Assembly (NCBI GenBank): GCA_040285855.1
Contig: JAUFOQ010000016.1
Location: 1,860,001 to 1,924,000 of the forward strand
Direction of reading: 5' to 3'
DNA: 64,000 nt
Origin: Eukaryota sp. GEM-RC1
Lineage: Eukaryota
Part shown: one piece after another, positions 11,995-24,200 of the stretch
Layout: each line of letters opens with the position of its first letter
Numbering within the stretch: position 1 is the first letter of the stretch
Position numbers and translations under genes: made by a program
The notes under the pieces: model-generated
Told to the model about the DNA's origin: nothing
Seen by the model: only the letters and a program-made list of their open reading frames with translations
The model's database searches: none

Positions 11995-12820
11995 GATGTT
12001 TTAGTATGCACGACTCTCATTATGTAAATTTGAATATTTGTACACCTTGCTAATAATCTGATATTTAGGACTTTGTAACTACTAATCACGAAGTTAGAGA
12101 TATACAGTCAGTGTGTCTATACTTGTTTCTAACTTCTTAGTATGCACTTAAAGCAGTATCAACATAAGTTGACGGTTAGCAAACAAATTGATGTACCATT
12201 TTATGTCATTTAAAATTGGATTTTTTCATTCATACATTCTAAACTGACGCAGCTCCAGATCTTCAAAAATCCGTGAAAATTTCCATCTAGAATCCAAAAG
12301 AGAATCATCAAAAGGTTGGAACACATATTTGGAATACATGATTTTCGATTTAGTTCTTCTATTTGAGAGTCATACTTGGAATGCTTGAGTTTGTCAACAG
12401 CAATTAACGGATTGAAAGAAGAATAAAGTATTCTACTGGCACAAACATCTTATTACAAGCATCGAATGTGATAAATTTAATAATATGATTGACTGGATTT
12501 ATGCCTCCATGTGTCGAATATCAATATCCCTTCTTTTTTGATCTGAAGATACTTTTTCTGAAAAATGATTCAAAACTGGCTCAACTATACTAGTAGAGTG
12601 AGAACCATCTGCTTTAAACGTTCAATAACCAATCCCACTGTTGACGTGACAACGAATCCAAAGTGATGCAGACCATTATACTGTAGTCTTAATGTACTAC
12701 ACGTAGTGATATATGTGTGAAAAATACAATTAAAATGAAACACGATCAATCTTTTTATATGGTGTACGCAGAACTAGAAAATTGTACACCAATGCAAGCA
12801 AAATTTAAAAGTAATAAAAA

Positions 12821-13708
12821 CTATTGGTTAGCACACTGTTGACCACCCTGTTCTTCATCTCCAGAGCTGTCTTCATCACATTCTTCTACATATTCCTCAT
12901 CTTCAGACTCATCATCTTCGAAATCATAAGCAAACTGAGAAGATTCTCCTAAGAAAGCTGAAACAGCCTTTTCAATGGTTGATTTAATGATATGAGCAGT
13001 TTCATACTGCATTTCCATTTCCTCTTGAGTTTGTTTGGTTACTTCATCGGGGTTGGGAATATCTGTGAAAAACTTGAAGAACGTATCCTTCTCCAGTATA
13101 GAAGACTTTCCTTCCTTCCAGGGAATCTCTGCACAAGCCTCTATGTGGTCGAGAACGTCGTCTTCCTTATCGGACATGAATAGGGTTTTGGTGAGGGTAC
13201 ATTCACTAAAGAGAGGGTTATCGCCGAAAACAAATTCAAGGGAGAAGCCTATATCTCCGTCAGTGAGGGAATGGTAGCGAACGTCCTTAAGAGCATCGAG
13301 AGCAGGGACGTCGTCGTCTTCGATTAGATTAGAGACCAGGGGGGTGTTGCGGAGAACAATGGTCCAGAAGGATGGTACTCCGGCAGTGGTTTCTTCTGTC
13401 TCTTCATCAGAGACTTCTTCTACTCCTCCTTCAGCACGAGCTGCCTCCCAATCGGCTTCTGATGGTTCAACCTGACCGGAGATAATTTCGGCACGTTTTC
13501 GGAAGATTGGGTCTAGATTTTGTTCATGTTTTGCCATAAGTTCAGCAAGTTGATGTCGGAACTTAACCATTTCTTCATCGATTTCTTCTTGGTTACGCTT
13601 AAGAGTATTGACAGAAGCTTTAACAGGAATGGGAAGGTTTTCAACAAGACCGCTGCTTTGACCAAACAGGTAGGAAGTTAAAGCAGATTCAAAGCCTTGG
13701 AGATCCAT
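12821..13708 (-). CDS. NAP1: Nucleosome assembly protein (NAP1 family)
   Basis: GVPSFW, D...L..L.D, FSLEFVF..NPLF...LTK, IPWKEGK, TFFKFF, acidic tail and terminal CANQ (CaaX-like). ATG at 13708. Confidence 0.92.
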   Translation of the reverse strand: MDLQGFESALTSYLFGQSSGLVENLPIPVKASVNTLKRNQEEIDEEMVKFRHQLAELMAKHEQNLDPIFRKRAEIISGQVEPSEADWEAARAEGGVEEVSDEETEETTAGVPSFWTIVLRNTPLVSNLIEDDDVPALDALKDVRYHSLTDGDIGFSLEFVFGDNPLFSECTLTKTLFMSDKEDDVLDHIEACAEIPWKEGKSSILEKDTFFKFFTDIPNPDEVTKQTQEEMEMQYETAHIIKSTIEKAVSAFLGESSQFAYDFEDDESEDEEYVEECDEDSSGDEEQGGQQCANQ

Positions 13709-13742
13709 TTTAAGAAAAAAAACTGAATTGATTCTGTTCCAC

Positions 13743-13953
13743 AAAAACTGGGTTTATGATCAATCAGTGAAATAAATGCTTTTGCAGAAGTTAATAACTA
13801 ACAGACACTAACTAAAGTATCTAAACTATGATCCTTCTGTCCATCACCGAACAACTTACCTAAAATTGAATTAAAATATCTGTGCATTGAACGAAACAAC
13901 GCAAACGTTAACCTACTCAACCAAAAACTTTCATTGAAAACTTTACCGTACTC
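13743..13953 (-). mobile_element. ~210-bp 3' end fragment of the same non-LTR retrotransposon
   Basis: Near-identical to about 6197-6406 (EYGKVFNE.FWLSRLTFALFRSMHRY...VSVC plus 3' UTR). Confidence 0.9.
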
Positions 13954-14525
13954 CATAAAGAACACTTGTACTAGTAGTTTCTGCATTAAAAAATGGAGTG
14001 AATTAGACATCAAATATTTTACAACATCACAAGAATGATCATTGGGTGTGTATACGCCTCATTGACATAAATTATCAATGTCAATAACGTGATAATCTTC
14101 TGCTCGGTGTGGTTTTAATTGACGAAAAGATTAAAGTTTGACTGGTTTACTAATACATTACAAAACAGTTCTTGTTTCTTCATATTCATGTGTTATTGAA
14201 GGCCCGGGACTTAATCGTATTAGCCCCCTGTTTACTAGGGGGGACCATTGTGGGGGGGACTTATCCGTGTAGTCCTCTTTCCTCTTTCCAAAGTGTAGAA
14301 CGAATAATATAGTTTCACATGGTTTTGTCTTGTTAAGTTAAAGATTTCCTTGGTAACTGATACACTGGTTTGTCTAACTAGTCTCATTAGCAATTTAGTC
14401 TCAGTGAGACTAATTCTAAAATTGACCTTTGTAATCCAAATAAACTCTGTATATTTTTCTAAATATTTTTTCTTTTTCCTACGCCCTAGCTTTATGGACT
14501 AATTACAAGCTTCGTCTTGACCAAC

Positions 14526-15208
14526 CAGGGGCGAGAAAAAATATATTTATATTGTGTTTATTGCAATAAATATCTACATTATTTATTTATTTATTGTTCT
14601 GTGAGTTACCGACAATATATTTATTGTTGGTCGAAACAATAAACTATATTATTGCAATATATTTCAATATATTCAAATATATTGGTGTCCTATTTTGTCT
14701 ATTTTTACAGTAATACATTGTGCCATTTTTGAAGAAATATAGTGTAAAGTGATCGACTGGAGGTTGCTGAGCACGATACAATTCTATCTGAGTCTTCTTT
14801 ACTGAACATAAGGCAATTGTTACCCACTACTTTTCAAATCTGTACTTGAAACGATTTGTCCTGCTTAATACGACGGAAATCCAAACTGTTCTTTTGTTGT
14901 GCAATTGGAGTTACTCCAAAAGAGTATCTTCAATGAAAGTTTTAATCACTACACAATCTATTGAGCTCCTTTAGGACGATGACGAGTCTGAGTAACATTT
15001 GATATATCATAAAAAATGTTAGAGCTGTTCTTGTCCGATTATTAGAAACTAAATCAAATTAACCAATATTTATTGACAATAAATCCATACAATATTTGTT
15101 TTCGACAACAATAACAATATATTTATTTCTGTCAAAAACAATAACAATAGATTTATTTTTATCGAAAACAATAAACAATATATTTAAATAAATATTTTCA
15201 CACCCCTG
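14526..15208. mobile_element. hAT-type non-autonomous DNA transposon (683 bp)
   Basis: Imperfect TIRs CAGGGGCGAGAAAA / TTTTCACACCCCTG, perfect 8-bp TSD TGACCAAC at 14518-14525 and 15209-15216, and AT-rich subterminal repeats in inverted orientation. Confidence 0.85.
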
Positions 15209-15640
15209 TGACCAACCGTTGCAGCATTTGGTTTTGTTTAAGCACTCATCCCTCGACCTTAGTATTCTATTGTTATTACCTCCGTTGAAGATAAATGGGA
15301 TTTCGATTGTATTTCGGACAGTACAGAAGCTTAGGTTAGACGTGGACTGTCTTTGGATTTTGATGAACATTTAAACATTACTCTAATGTTCATTGCTTGA
15401 AGAAGTTGTTGGAAAATAAGCTCACTGTTTTGGTACAAAGAATCCTGATCAATAGATGTTTTCAACACATATTAGTAAACAATGATAAAGTAACCTTTCA
15501 GTCTCAGTGATACTAATTAGACCAGTACACATGGCCATGTTTAGACTGAAATTTTGGATCTCTGTCTACTTCACAGCCTACGTAGTATAGGACACCACTC
15601 AGGTCGTTTCTTTCATTTCACGTTTACAAGCTAATTGCTG

Positions 15641-16342
15641 ATGTCTTCAAACAGCCTCCTCAAATCAGATTTTTCCACCTTTGCCACCATAATATGCGAC
15701 CTCTGTCGCAAACTTCATACATCTGCTTCAACTCTTGTACTGTCAATTAGTTTGTATGCAGATTGCATTTCCTCTGACTGGCAACCTAATGATTCGATAA
15801 CCTGTGAGATTATGGCTGCTGCTTCTATCCTACTTGCGTCGAAACATAACGAGGATTTGGTCAAATCTAGAGACATCTGCATTGCCCTTGTCTCTCTGAA
15901 AGTTCTTCGCCCCGAATCTCATAGATATTCTGAACTAGTAGTCGGTTTAGTTCGAAATTCTCAGTCTGAGGACACTTTATACGATCAGTTTAGGTTACTT
16001 GTTGGCAAAGCTGAGCTCATTCTTATTCGCCAGTTGTCATTCCGTCTCAATCCAACAAATCCCTTCACAATGTTAGCTCAAAAGACTGCTACGGACGAAG
16101 TGTCGTTGAACGAGTTCCGTCAACTTTACCCTCTACTTTTAACTTGTCTAGCTGATAGTGATGCCCATTATGTTGTTCGAGAGTGTGAGTCTTCAAAGTT
16201 ATTGGACATTCTGAAAACATTGTCTCAAATTTTGTCCACAGAATCACGGGAAACAACGAAGAGTCTGGCGGAATCAGTTTTAGAAATGACTCCTGAAGGT
16301 CCAACTATCCTCAACGCTGTCTTCCGATGTTTTTTAGTCTAA
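15641..16342 (+). CDS. Divergent cyclin-fold protein (transcription-cyclin-like)
   Basis: AAASILLASKHNE...KSRDI and AELILIRQLSFRLNPTNPF resemble the cyclin T/K/L N-terminal box. Confidence 0.6.
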   Translation: MSSNSLLKSDFSTFATIICDLCRKLHTSASTLVLSISLYADCISSDWQPNDSITCEIMAAASILLASKHNEDLVKSRDICIALVSLKVLRPESHRYSELVVGLVRNSQSEDTLYDQFRLLVGKAELILIRQLSFRLNPTNPFTMLAQKTATDEVSLNEFRQLYPLLLTCLADSDAHYVVRECESSKLLDILKTLSQILSTESRETTKSLAESVLEMTPEGPTILNAVFRCFLV

Positions 16343-16472
16343 TAGTCTGTTTTATGCCACCATTCCACTTGAATGCACATACTGTATCTTTATGGATGTG
16401 TATTGAAAATTTTTGGAGTGCCTTTTGGAAACTACGTTTATTGAATCCCTAATTTTATTTCCGTATTGTACA

Positions 16473-16934
16473 CTAATCAAGATTTAATTCCATTCGCTTA
16501 TGAATAACACCAACTTCAATAAAAAAAGCACCCGTTTCACTAAATCCTGCTCGTTCATAGAAACGCATGGCTTCTGACCTTGCATTAAGCCACAGAGATT
16601 TGATATCGTTGGATTTTGCATGATCAACAAGACCACGCATCAGTTTAAGACCAAAACCTTTATTCTGAAGATCTCGGTCAACTGCCATTTGAAAAACTTT
16701 TCCACAATACTCACCCTTACAACAAAGAGAAACACAGGCAACGACTTTAGAATTACGCATGAGAGCAAGATGTATCGATGATTGGTCGAGTTTGTTTCGT
16801 TCAGAGCCCAAGGCCATGCCCAAAGGTTTCCTTAGCAGTTTATAACGTACATCCAGTAGCTCTTCAAAAAAAGGATCATCTTGGCTTACTAATGATAAGG
16901 ACGGTTCATCAGCATCTGATGAAGATACAGTCAT
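16473..16934 (-). CDS. GNAT acetyltransferase (YjcF/ElaA-like)
   Basis: MAVDRDLQNKGFG acetyl-CoA motif and LNAR..A..FYERAGF...G..F.EVGVIHKRM. Confidence 0.88.
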   Translation of the reverse strand: MTVSSSDADEPSLSLVSQDDPFFEELLDVRYKLLRKPLGMALGSERNKLDQSSIHLALMRNSKVVACVSLCCKGEYCGKVFQMAVDRDLQNKGFGLKLMRGLVDHAKSNDIKSLWLNARSEAMRFYERAGFSETGAFFIEVGVIHKRMELNLD

Positions 16935-17396
16935 CCAAAGAAAATTCGATATTCCTTTAGTTTGTTCTTCAGAACTGCTTCTATCTGTGGTTTGATTGTA
17001 CTAGTGACCGTTAATCATGTGTTATTACTTGAAAGACTAACAGTGAATGTTGGTACAATATCATGTACCAATTAGTACATCTCATTTAGTATTTTCATCC
17101 ATATTTTACATTCAATATACAGCACAATTGTTTCTATAGTACTATTCCCTGGTTTAATATTAGCTATCTACAGAACATCGTTGTAGAGACTTTAAGTCAG
17201 AGCAGCGACTAAGCAACAAACTGTGAGTAATTATTTTATCACCAAATTACAAGAGAGATGAGAAGAATAAAAAAGACACTAGTTTATTTACCATTGAAGC
17301 AAGGTCGAGCTACTGATAGCAGGAACTAATGTATTTATTGACCTTAGAATTGAGACCTTCAGTATTTCGCCAATAAAGAGACAAGAAAGAACGAAA

Positions 17397-17886
17397 TTAT
17401 GCAACGATTTGAGCAGCAGTGGCGGAGCGGTACTTCCAGGTGGGAGGAAGTTGACGGGCTCCCTTATAGTAGCGTACTAAACGATGGATTCTGGATTCGA
17501 TAAGGATGAGTCTGAACTTGGAGTCCTTGTCCTTGCGGTTTCGCTCCAAATGTTTACGAACAGAGACGGCCTTCTTAATCAAATGATAAAGATCTTCAGG
17601 GATTTCAGGGGCAAGACCGTTCATCTTAAGGATTCTCAAGATTTTGCTGCCAGTGATCGAGTTGATCTGACCAACACCATGGGAATCACGAAGGATTAAA
17701 CCAATTTGCGAGGGAGTAACACCTTTCTTGGCAAGCTTACAGATGTCTTTTACCAGATCTTGGGGAGAAACCTTGAGCCAAGAGGGAGCACTCTTACGAT
17801 ATGGGATGGCGGAACCAGAAATACCTTTACCTGTGATGAGACAAGTCAGACAATGAGAACACACCAAAGGAATGAAGACGGACCAT
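17397..17886 (-). CDS. RPS13: 40S ribosomal protein S13 (uS15); 34-nt intron 17831-17864
   Basis: Exon 1 (17865-17886) MVRLHSFG and exon 2 (17397-17830) [10 protein letters not shown]...[19 protein letters not shown]. The spliced product is 151 aa. GT...AG intron with a CTGAC branch-like motif. Confidence 0.95.
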
Positions 17887-18433
17887 TTATAAGACGGGTA
17901 CCAAAAAAAGGAAAATGTATGCATTGCCTACAAACTCTCCGCTTCCTTGCAGTCTGTCACTCCAAATTGTATAGGATACTTATCTGAGGGTCCCATTTGT
18001 CCTTCTCAATGGAAAGAAATCATGTTCCTTCTGGCACACTAATTCAATCAATCTCAATATATACATGTTGAACTAAATGTTTCTCATTCATTCATTGACA
18101 CTTGTTGTTCTACCTTACAGCTGCAGATTCTTCAACTTATACAGCTTTGTCTTCTATTGTAGTCTCTAACAGATGTTGTTTTCCTGAGTGCACGTACATT
18201 GTTAGTATGTGTCTGATAGTCTTTATTTTTCTACGGACTGGTTTTAGTTTGTGAATATTAAACTGAACGACTGTTGATGTTGTTGTTCAGGGAATAAATC
18301 TACCAATCACCCATTTTCTCATTCGAAGATCACGATAATGTTCTGTGACGGAGTGGTAATAGGTTTCATAAAAGAACTACATGTATCATCAGCTAAAGGG
18401 TTGAACATACAAATCTAATACTCCTCCTTTCAC

Positions 18434-19052
18434 ATGGTTAGACCAAAGAAAATCCCTCCCCCCAAGCTTAAGAAACTACTAAATCCCAATGACAACAGAA
18501 TGTTTGTATCATCTTTTCCTTTGATCACAGAGTTAAGGATAAAACCTCTGTTAAAAAGCCCCCACTGACTCTGATTCAGCACTAACTCACACTCGACATG
18601 TTCCTCAGGTGTCATCATCGTTCTTCTTTGCTCACAACTCTGCTCTAGGACCTCCCTATCATGTCATTTGCGACACCAATTTTATTCATTTCTCTGTGAA
18701 GAATAAGTTGACTATTGATCAAGCCCTTATTGATTGTCTCCACGCCAAAGTGATACCTCTTGTCACTGATTGTATCATTGCCGAACTTGAAAAACTGGGA
18801 CAAAAGTACAGAGTTGCGTTAAGGATGGCCAAATCCTCAATGTTTCAGCGACTGCCATGTACACATAAGGGTACTTATGCTGATGATTGTATTTGCGAAC
18901 GTGCGACTGCTCATCCAATATATATCATTGGAACTTGTGATCGTGATCTGAAAAGAAGGATTCGTAAATTACCCGGAATTCCGATCATGTGTATCAAGGC
19001 CCGTAAGTACACAATTGAAAGATTACCTGAAGCACTTAATGCCCCCATGTAG
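18434..19052 (+). CDS. FCF1: rRNA-processing PIN nuclease Fcf1/Utp24; 29-nt intron 18502-18530; frameshift near 18560
   Basis: VPQVSS.FF..N..LGPPYHV.CDTNF, C.HKGTYADDC and T.DRDLKRRIRK.PG.P motifs. Confidence 0.93.
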
Positions 19053-19261
19053 TTTTTATTTAGTTTCTTTAGATTTTCTCTATTTTACAGATTTTGGCGT
19101 GTGTTCCTTGTAGCTGAACTAGCACTTGGATCAAACGAACTCAACTCTTTCTATGTTAGATTAACGTAAAACAGATTGTACGATGAAGTTAGTATAGCCA
19201 AATACAAAATTCATTTGAAATTCAAATTCAATATTAAGGCCTCGAAATCGTGTTCCAAACA

Positions 19262-20179
19262 TTAAAGATAACTCATTGGTGATAACTTGAACTCAGGATA
19301 TCCGATATCTCTACTGAGCCATGAATCAAAGTCGTCTCTTTCTGGTTGTCGAAGCTTCTTATTTGGCGGTTCTTTGTTTCTGTTCTGATAGGGATAACTT
19401 ATGTTATTTCGATTTTGAGAGTTTTCTTGAGAAAGGGTACATAAAAAATTGAGTCTTTGAGCAGTTTTCCCTAATTCAGCAGATAATGTTTGACTTTCAG
19501 AAAGAGCTCTCTCTGCTGGTGATAATGGGATAGGATCTTCAACCATTTCCCACAAATGTCTTAAAACATTCTGTCCAGTTCGTATTTGTGATACTTGGCT
19601 GTTGCTATTTTGGTTTACTTTTTGGGAGGGAGTATTGTTAACTTGATTAGCCAGTTTTTTCAGTGTATGTTTGGCTCTAGCTATGAACTGTTTTTTTGGA
19701 ACAGGCATTATATCTCTAAATTTTGGAGATTTGGGTGAATGTGAACATCGTATTGGAGATTTTTTGATGTTAACAGGTAAAGGCATTTGTTGGGATAAGG
19801 TTGATGCATATGCTTCAGCAGGCTGATTACTTGCACTATTGGGTTTACTCATGAAACTTCTTTCATTGAAGTGTGACTGCAACTTAATCCCAGTTCCTCT
19901 TAATCCATGAACAAATAACCCTTTGTGCATAGAACCTACTGTCATTTGATTTCGGCTTTTTCGATTACGCTCATAGTTGAGGATGTATTCAATCATCTTT
20001 CGTGGCTTTTGAGGACTGTTGGGAACCTGAAGAGTGTTGATATTTTCTTTTTCTGGTGTATCACTAACTTCAATACGTTTATCCATAAGTTCATGCAGTG
20101 TCGGTGGAGTGAGTGTAGAGACCTCTTTAAGTACAGATTCGATGTCATCTGGGATATATATAGGATCGGAATCATCCAT
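19262..20179 (-). CDS. Hypothetical protein
   Basis: 305-aa ATG ORF, divergent from SKA1 with 46 bp between starts; no recognised motif. Confidence 0.6.
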   Translation of the reverse strand: MDDSDPIYIPDDIESVLKEVSTLTPPTLHELMDKRIEVSDTPEKENINTLQVPNSPQKPRKMIEYILNYERNRKSRNQMTVGSMHKGLFVHGLRGTGIKLQSHFNERSFMSKPNSASNQPAEAYASTLSQQMPLPVNIKKSPIRCSHSPKSPKFRDIMPVPKKQFIARAKHTLKKLANQVNNTPSQKVNQNSNSQVSQIRTGQNVLRHLWEMVEDPIPLSPAERALSESQTLSAELGKTAQRLNFLCTLSQENSQNRNNISYPYQNRNKEPPNKKLRQPERDDFDSWLSRDIGYPEFKLSPMSYL

Positions 20180-20225
20180 TTAAGTAGCATAATATTTTGC
20201 CGGAATCTGGTATTTCCTCTTCAAA

Positions 20226-21031
20226 ATGACATCTCTAAATTCGTTAACTGATCTTCAGTCTTATTTTGATGACAAGCTTCAGTATCTACACAACTTGCTT
20301 CAGTTTCGATCAATAGACTCATCGCATCCAGTCCTTCCTGAGCTCTCCCATCAATTAGCAGATGTTGAAGATTCACTGAAGGAAATACTGCAGCTTCCTG
20401 CTGAATTAGATAATATTCGCACTCTGCTGTCATCTCTCAAAGTTTATGCCGAATCTCAATCTGAGTACATTTCTTCTATTGAATCGAAACTTGCTAATAG
20501 CTTTATGTCGCGACCACATTCCGGTATTCAGCCTAACTCCCAAAAACCCAGAGTTGTGCTACAGTCTTCTATCCAGAATCATCAAGAAACACCTCAACCA
20601 CAGAGTGAACCTGTAGCATCTGCTTCATTGAGTGGATCATCAACACAGTATCAACAGTCTAAGTCATCCCCTGTTGAAATTAGTTTTATTACACAGACTC
20701 AATTGGACACATTACCACATTATCTCAAAGGAAGATTAACCGTCGAAAAAATCAACTCAGCTGTTACAGACCTCAACAAGATTCTCAGAAGAAAGTTTCT
20801 GATCATGAAAAAGGGCTCTAAGGCTGGATCCAAGTACCGTGAGCAAGCAAAGAAGTTATTACACACGGAGGCCCTCAGTGTTTTGTTTTTAGTGAACTTA
20901 AAGATTGTACAAATATCAGACCAGATCCAAAAGGGAAAAAGATGCTTGATTTATTGCGAAGTCTTAAGTTAATAGATGAGATTAGGGATGACGGATGCGA
21001 TCATTCAAAATATATTGCAGTAACTCAATAA
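20226..21031 (+). CDS. SKA1: Spindle and kinetochore-associated protein 1; frameshift near 20850
   Basis: N-terminal coiled coil and FIT...LDTLPHYLKGRLTVEKIN. The shifted frame gives FVFSELKD...GKKMLDLLRSLKLIDEIR...SKY, stop at 21029-21031. Confidence 0.8.
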
Positions 21032-21276
21032 AATGAAACCAGACTCTACGATGTTGTTTTTGTGTAGGAAAACATCTTCTTTGTTGTGAGCATGTGAACA
21101 AAATAACAGTTGTTGAAATAGATCCACTCAGAGTAACTATGACGTGCGGTACACGAAGAACATCAGAGTTTCGAGGCAAAACGCCCCATTATCAGAGAAG
21201 AATCTCATCATAGTGGAGTCTTCTTCCAATGAAGGAAGAAAAGTGGTTTCAATTTCTCAACTTTCGCAAAAGTGTG

Positions 21277-24200
21277 ATGTTTCCTTTCCGGCGAAACCGG
21301 AAACACACTGACGGCGATGACCTGTCTCCCTCTTCTTTTAGTGTGATAATTTCGGAACTCTGTCGCATAGAAAAAACTACTTCTTTAACTATTTCTCTTC
21401 CAGTTTCGTGTTCAATTGATACAGTTGTTCCCCATCTTTCCAGTCTACTTATAAATGAGCTTATTTCCTATATTGAGCCTTCCCTTTCTGCATCTGTTCT
21501 TCACAGCCCTTTAGAGTGCTATACTGCAGTTCTTGGTCTCCTACGAACCTCATGCAACCAGAAAGTAATCTGTCAGTCTGACATACCCGCAATCTGTGCT
21601 TTTCGTATAGCCGTTTCTTTGAATGATTCTGACAGTTCTATATCTGATTTGGCCCACTCTACCATCGTACGATGTGCTGGCTACTTTCCAGCAGAAACAC
21701 TTAATTCTCTCTGTGATTTTTTCTTCTTTTGCCTGCAAACAGATTCCCCTGTCTTCCTTCACTGATTCCTTCTCCACTACACTTATCAAACTATCACCTC
21801 TATCTGCCTTAATCAAAGCTCATAATCGGTTCATAGAATCCAACGAGTCAGATCTCTCTACTCTGACGCCGTGTTGTTTCTCCAGCTTAACCATTCTTTG
21901 CAAGGTCTTTGTCTTCGCATTCGCATCTCACTCTTCCTTTACTCTGTCCTTATCCCAACTAGGAACATCAGACTCTGAGCTAACCTTCCTCTTCGTCAAG
22001 TTCCTCAATCTCTTCACTCTCCGTCCTTTAGATCACTTATCTCCAACACTTACTATTAGACTTGTTCACACCATTGCCTCCATCACTGCAGTCCTCATCA
22101 CCATCCCTGGTTGCCTAGGCATCTTCATTGACCAAGAAGGTCTCTCTTCTCTCACTACCATCTCCTACTACCTCTTCAACACTCCGCCCTCCTCCTGTCT
22201 CTTCATCTCTGCCATCTCTCTCCCATCCAGAGACTTTGCTAAATGGATCCTGAACCTCTCATCTAATGATAGATTCTCTAAGTTCGAATGCTCACTCTCA
22301 ACTTGTGTGGTTATGTGCATCGCCTCACTTTTGGTGTGTCAACTGGTGACGCATCAAAATCCACCGCTCTACGAAATCCTGAGATTCTCTCTCATTTGTC
22401 TATACTTTATTCTAGAGCTCAACGTACAGATTCATCTCACAAACACTTTTTACAAGTTATAATCATCAAGGTAATACATGCGATTGTTGATTCCCACCCC
22501 TCTAACTTGTTCGTCTGTTCAACCAGCTGTCCTAGAGCCATTGCTAGTCTTTTCTCATCAGTTCCTTCTTTATTGAATGCGCCTGTCCGTAAGTCTCTCT
22601 TTTCTCTTCTTTCGTCTATATCTAGATCTGCAGCAGGGTGTCTGGATATGGAGGGAAGAGTTGATGGTGGTGACGTGGCATTGTCTGGGATAGCTGAGAT
22701 GACTGCTCTGGCTTCTGTTTTGAATGTTGTTAATCAGGAATTCTTGGATTTTAATTATACGAATTATTTAGATTTTGTGGGAGATTTTTACACGTCGTTT
22801 TGTGACGGTCTTCGGTCTTTTTCAAAGGCTTCTGCTATGCAGCTTTCAGTTTCTCTTGGTGAATCAGGAGTTTTGACCCAATCAATTCGATTGGCAGCTT
22901 CCTATCACGTTGTGATTATGTCATTTGACCCTGATGAGCCTGACATCCCAGACAAATTAGTGTCTTCTCTACAAGCACTACTCAAGTTCATTTCAATTAT
23001 TTCTGTTCACTCAATTGTTCTCCCCTTAATCCTCTCCAAGGATTGTTTCTCCATTCTGAGGCTAATGTTTGTTAGTCATTCGGTTATACAGTCAAGCTCA
23101 GCAACTGCTGTGCAGTCCTTGGTTAACACAATATGTAGATATAGCAAGGAAGATTCTCATGCAATAGTGTCGACGTATTTCTTTGATTGTTTGCTCGGTC
23201 TGATTGAAAACGTCACCAGTTCAAAAATCAAAAGCGCCACTTCATTACTACTATTCATTGCCCAAGCTATCGAACAACCACAAACCAATCTAAAGTTCTT
23301 CAAAGAAGGAATCCTCTGTTCAAATCTAACCACACGTCTATTCAACCTCTTCATTTCAAACCCTCTCCTATCAGATTCAATCTCTATATGTATGGCCTCT
23401 GTTTTCAACCAGTTTCATTCTCTCTACGATTCTCTTGTACGTTCTCCAGCTATTGAGTCGTTTATTGGTAGTCCTGGGTTAGTAAAGGATCTTCCTTCCG
23501 AAGTTGATGAGTGGGTGAGCTTCTTTAATGACGTGACTAACAGTCAGCAGTTTATTCTTCAGTTGTTACGGATGTCGTCGGGGTCACCTAGGTTGGAAAA
23601 TCATGATGATGTGATACTTTCCTCTTCTGGAAGTTGCATATTGTCTTGTGCTGTTAATATTTTACTCACTGTGGTTCTATCAAATACTGAACTTGTCCCT
23701 TTAACTGAAGAACTTCTGGATATAGTTGCTTGTCTGGCTTGTAAGCCATCTGTAGCGCTATATCTTTCTCAATCATTTGTTCACGTTAACGCTATCCACA
23801 CTCTGCTTGAGCTCTACTCTCGTAGTGATGACGAATTTGAAATTATTCAGAATAATTTGGAAGGTTTCATTGTGGCGGTGTTTTCCAATTATTCAGATCC
23901 GTTTGCGGTCAAACTTCTATGTCAACGATTGTTGTCCTGTGATGAAGTTACCAAGTCTTTTATGATTAGTCTAATGTCCCGAATTGATCCAATAGTTCCC
24001 ACCTTTTTAGTAGAAAACTCTGAGGTTTTGTTGTCAGATGCTTCAGTTGATCCATTTGAACTCAGTGATCCGTCAATAATTAAAAAAGTAGAGTTTTCTA
24101 ATTCATTTGTGTTTTCTGCGTGGATGAAGATTTCAACCACAAATTTTAAATCTTCGCTGTCACTTCTTTCTGAACACAACAACCTTTTTGCCTTTGGAAA

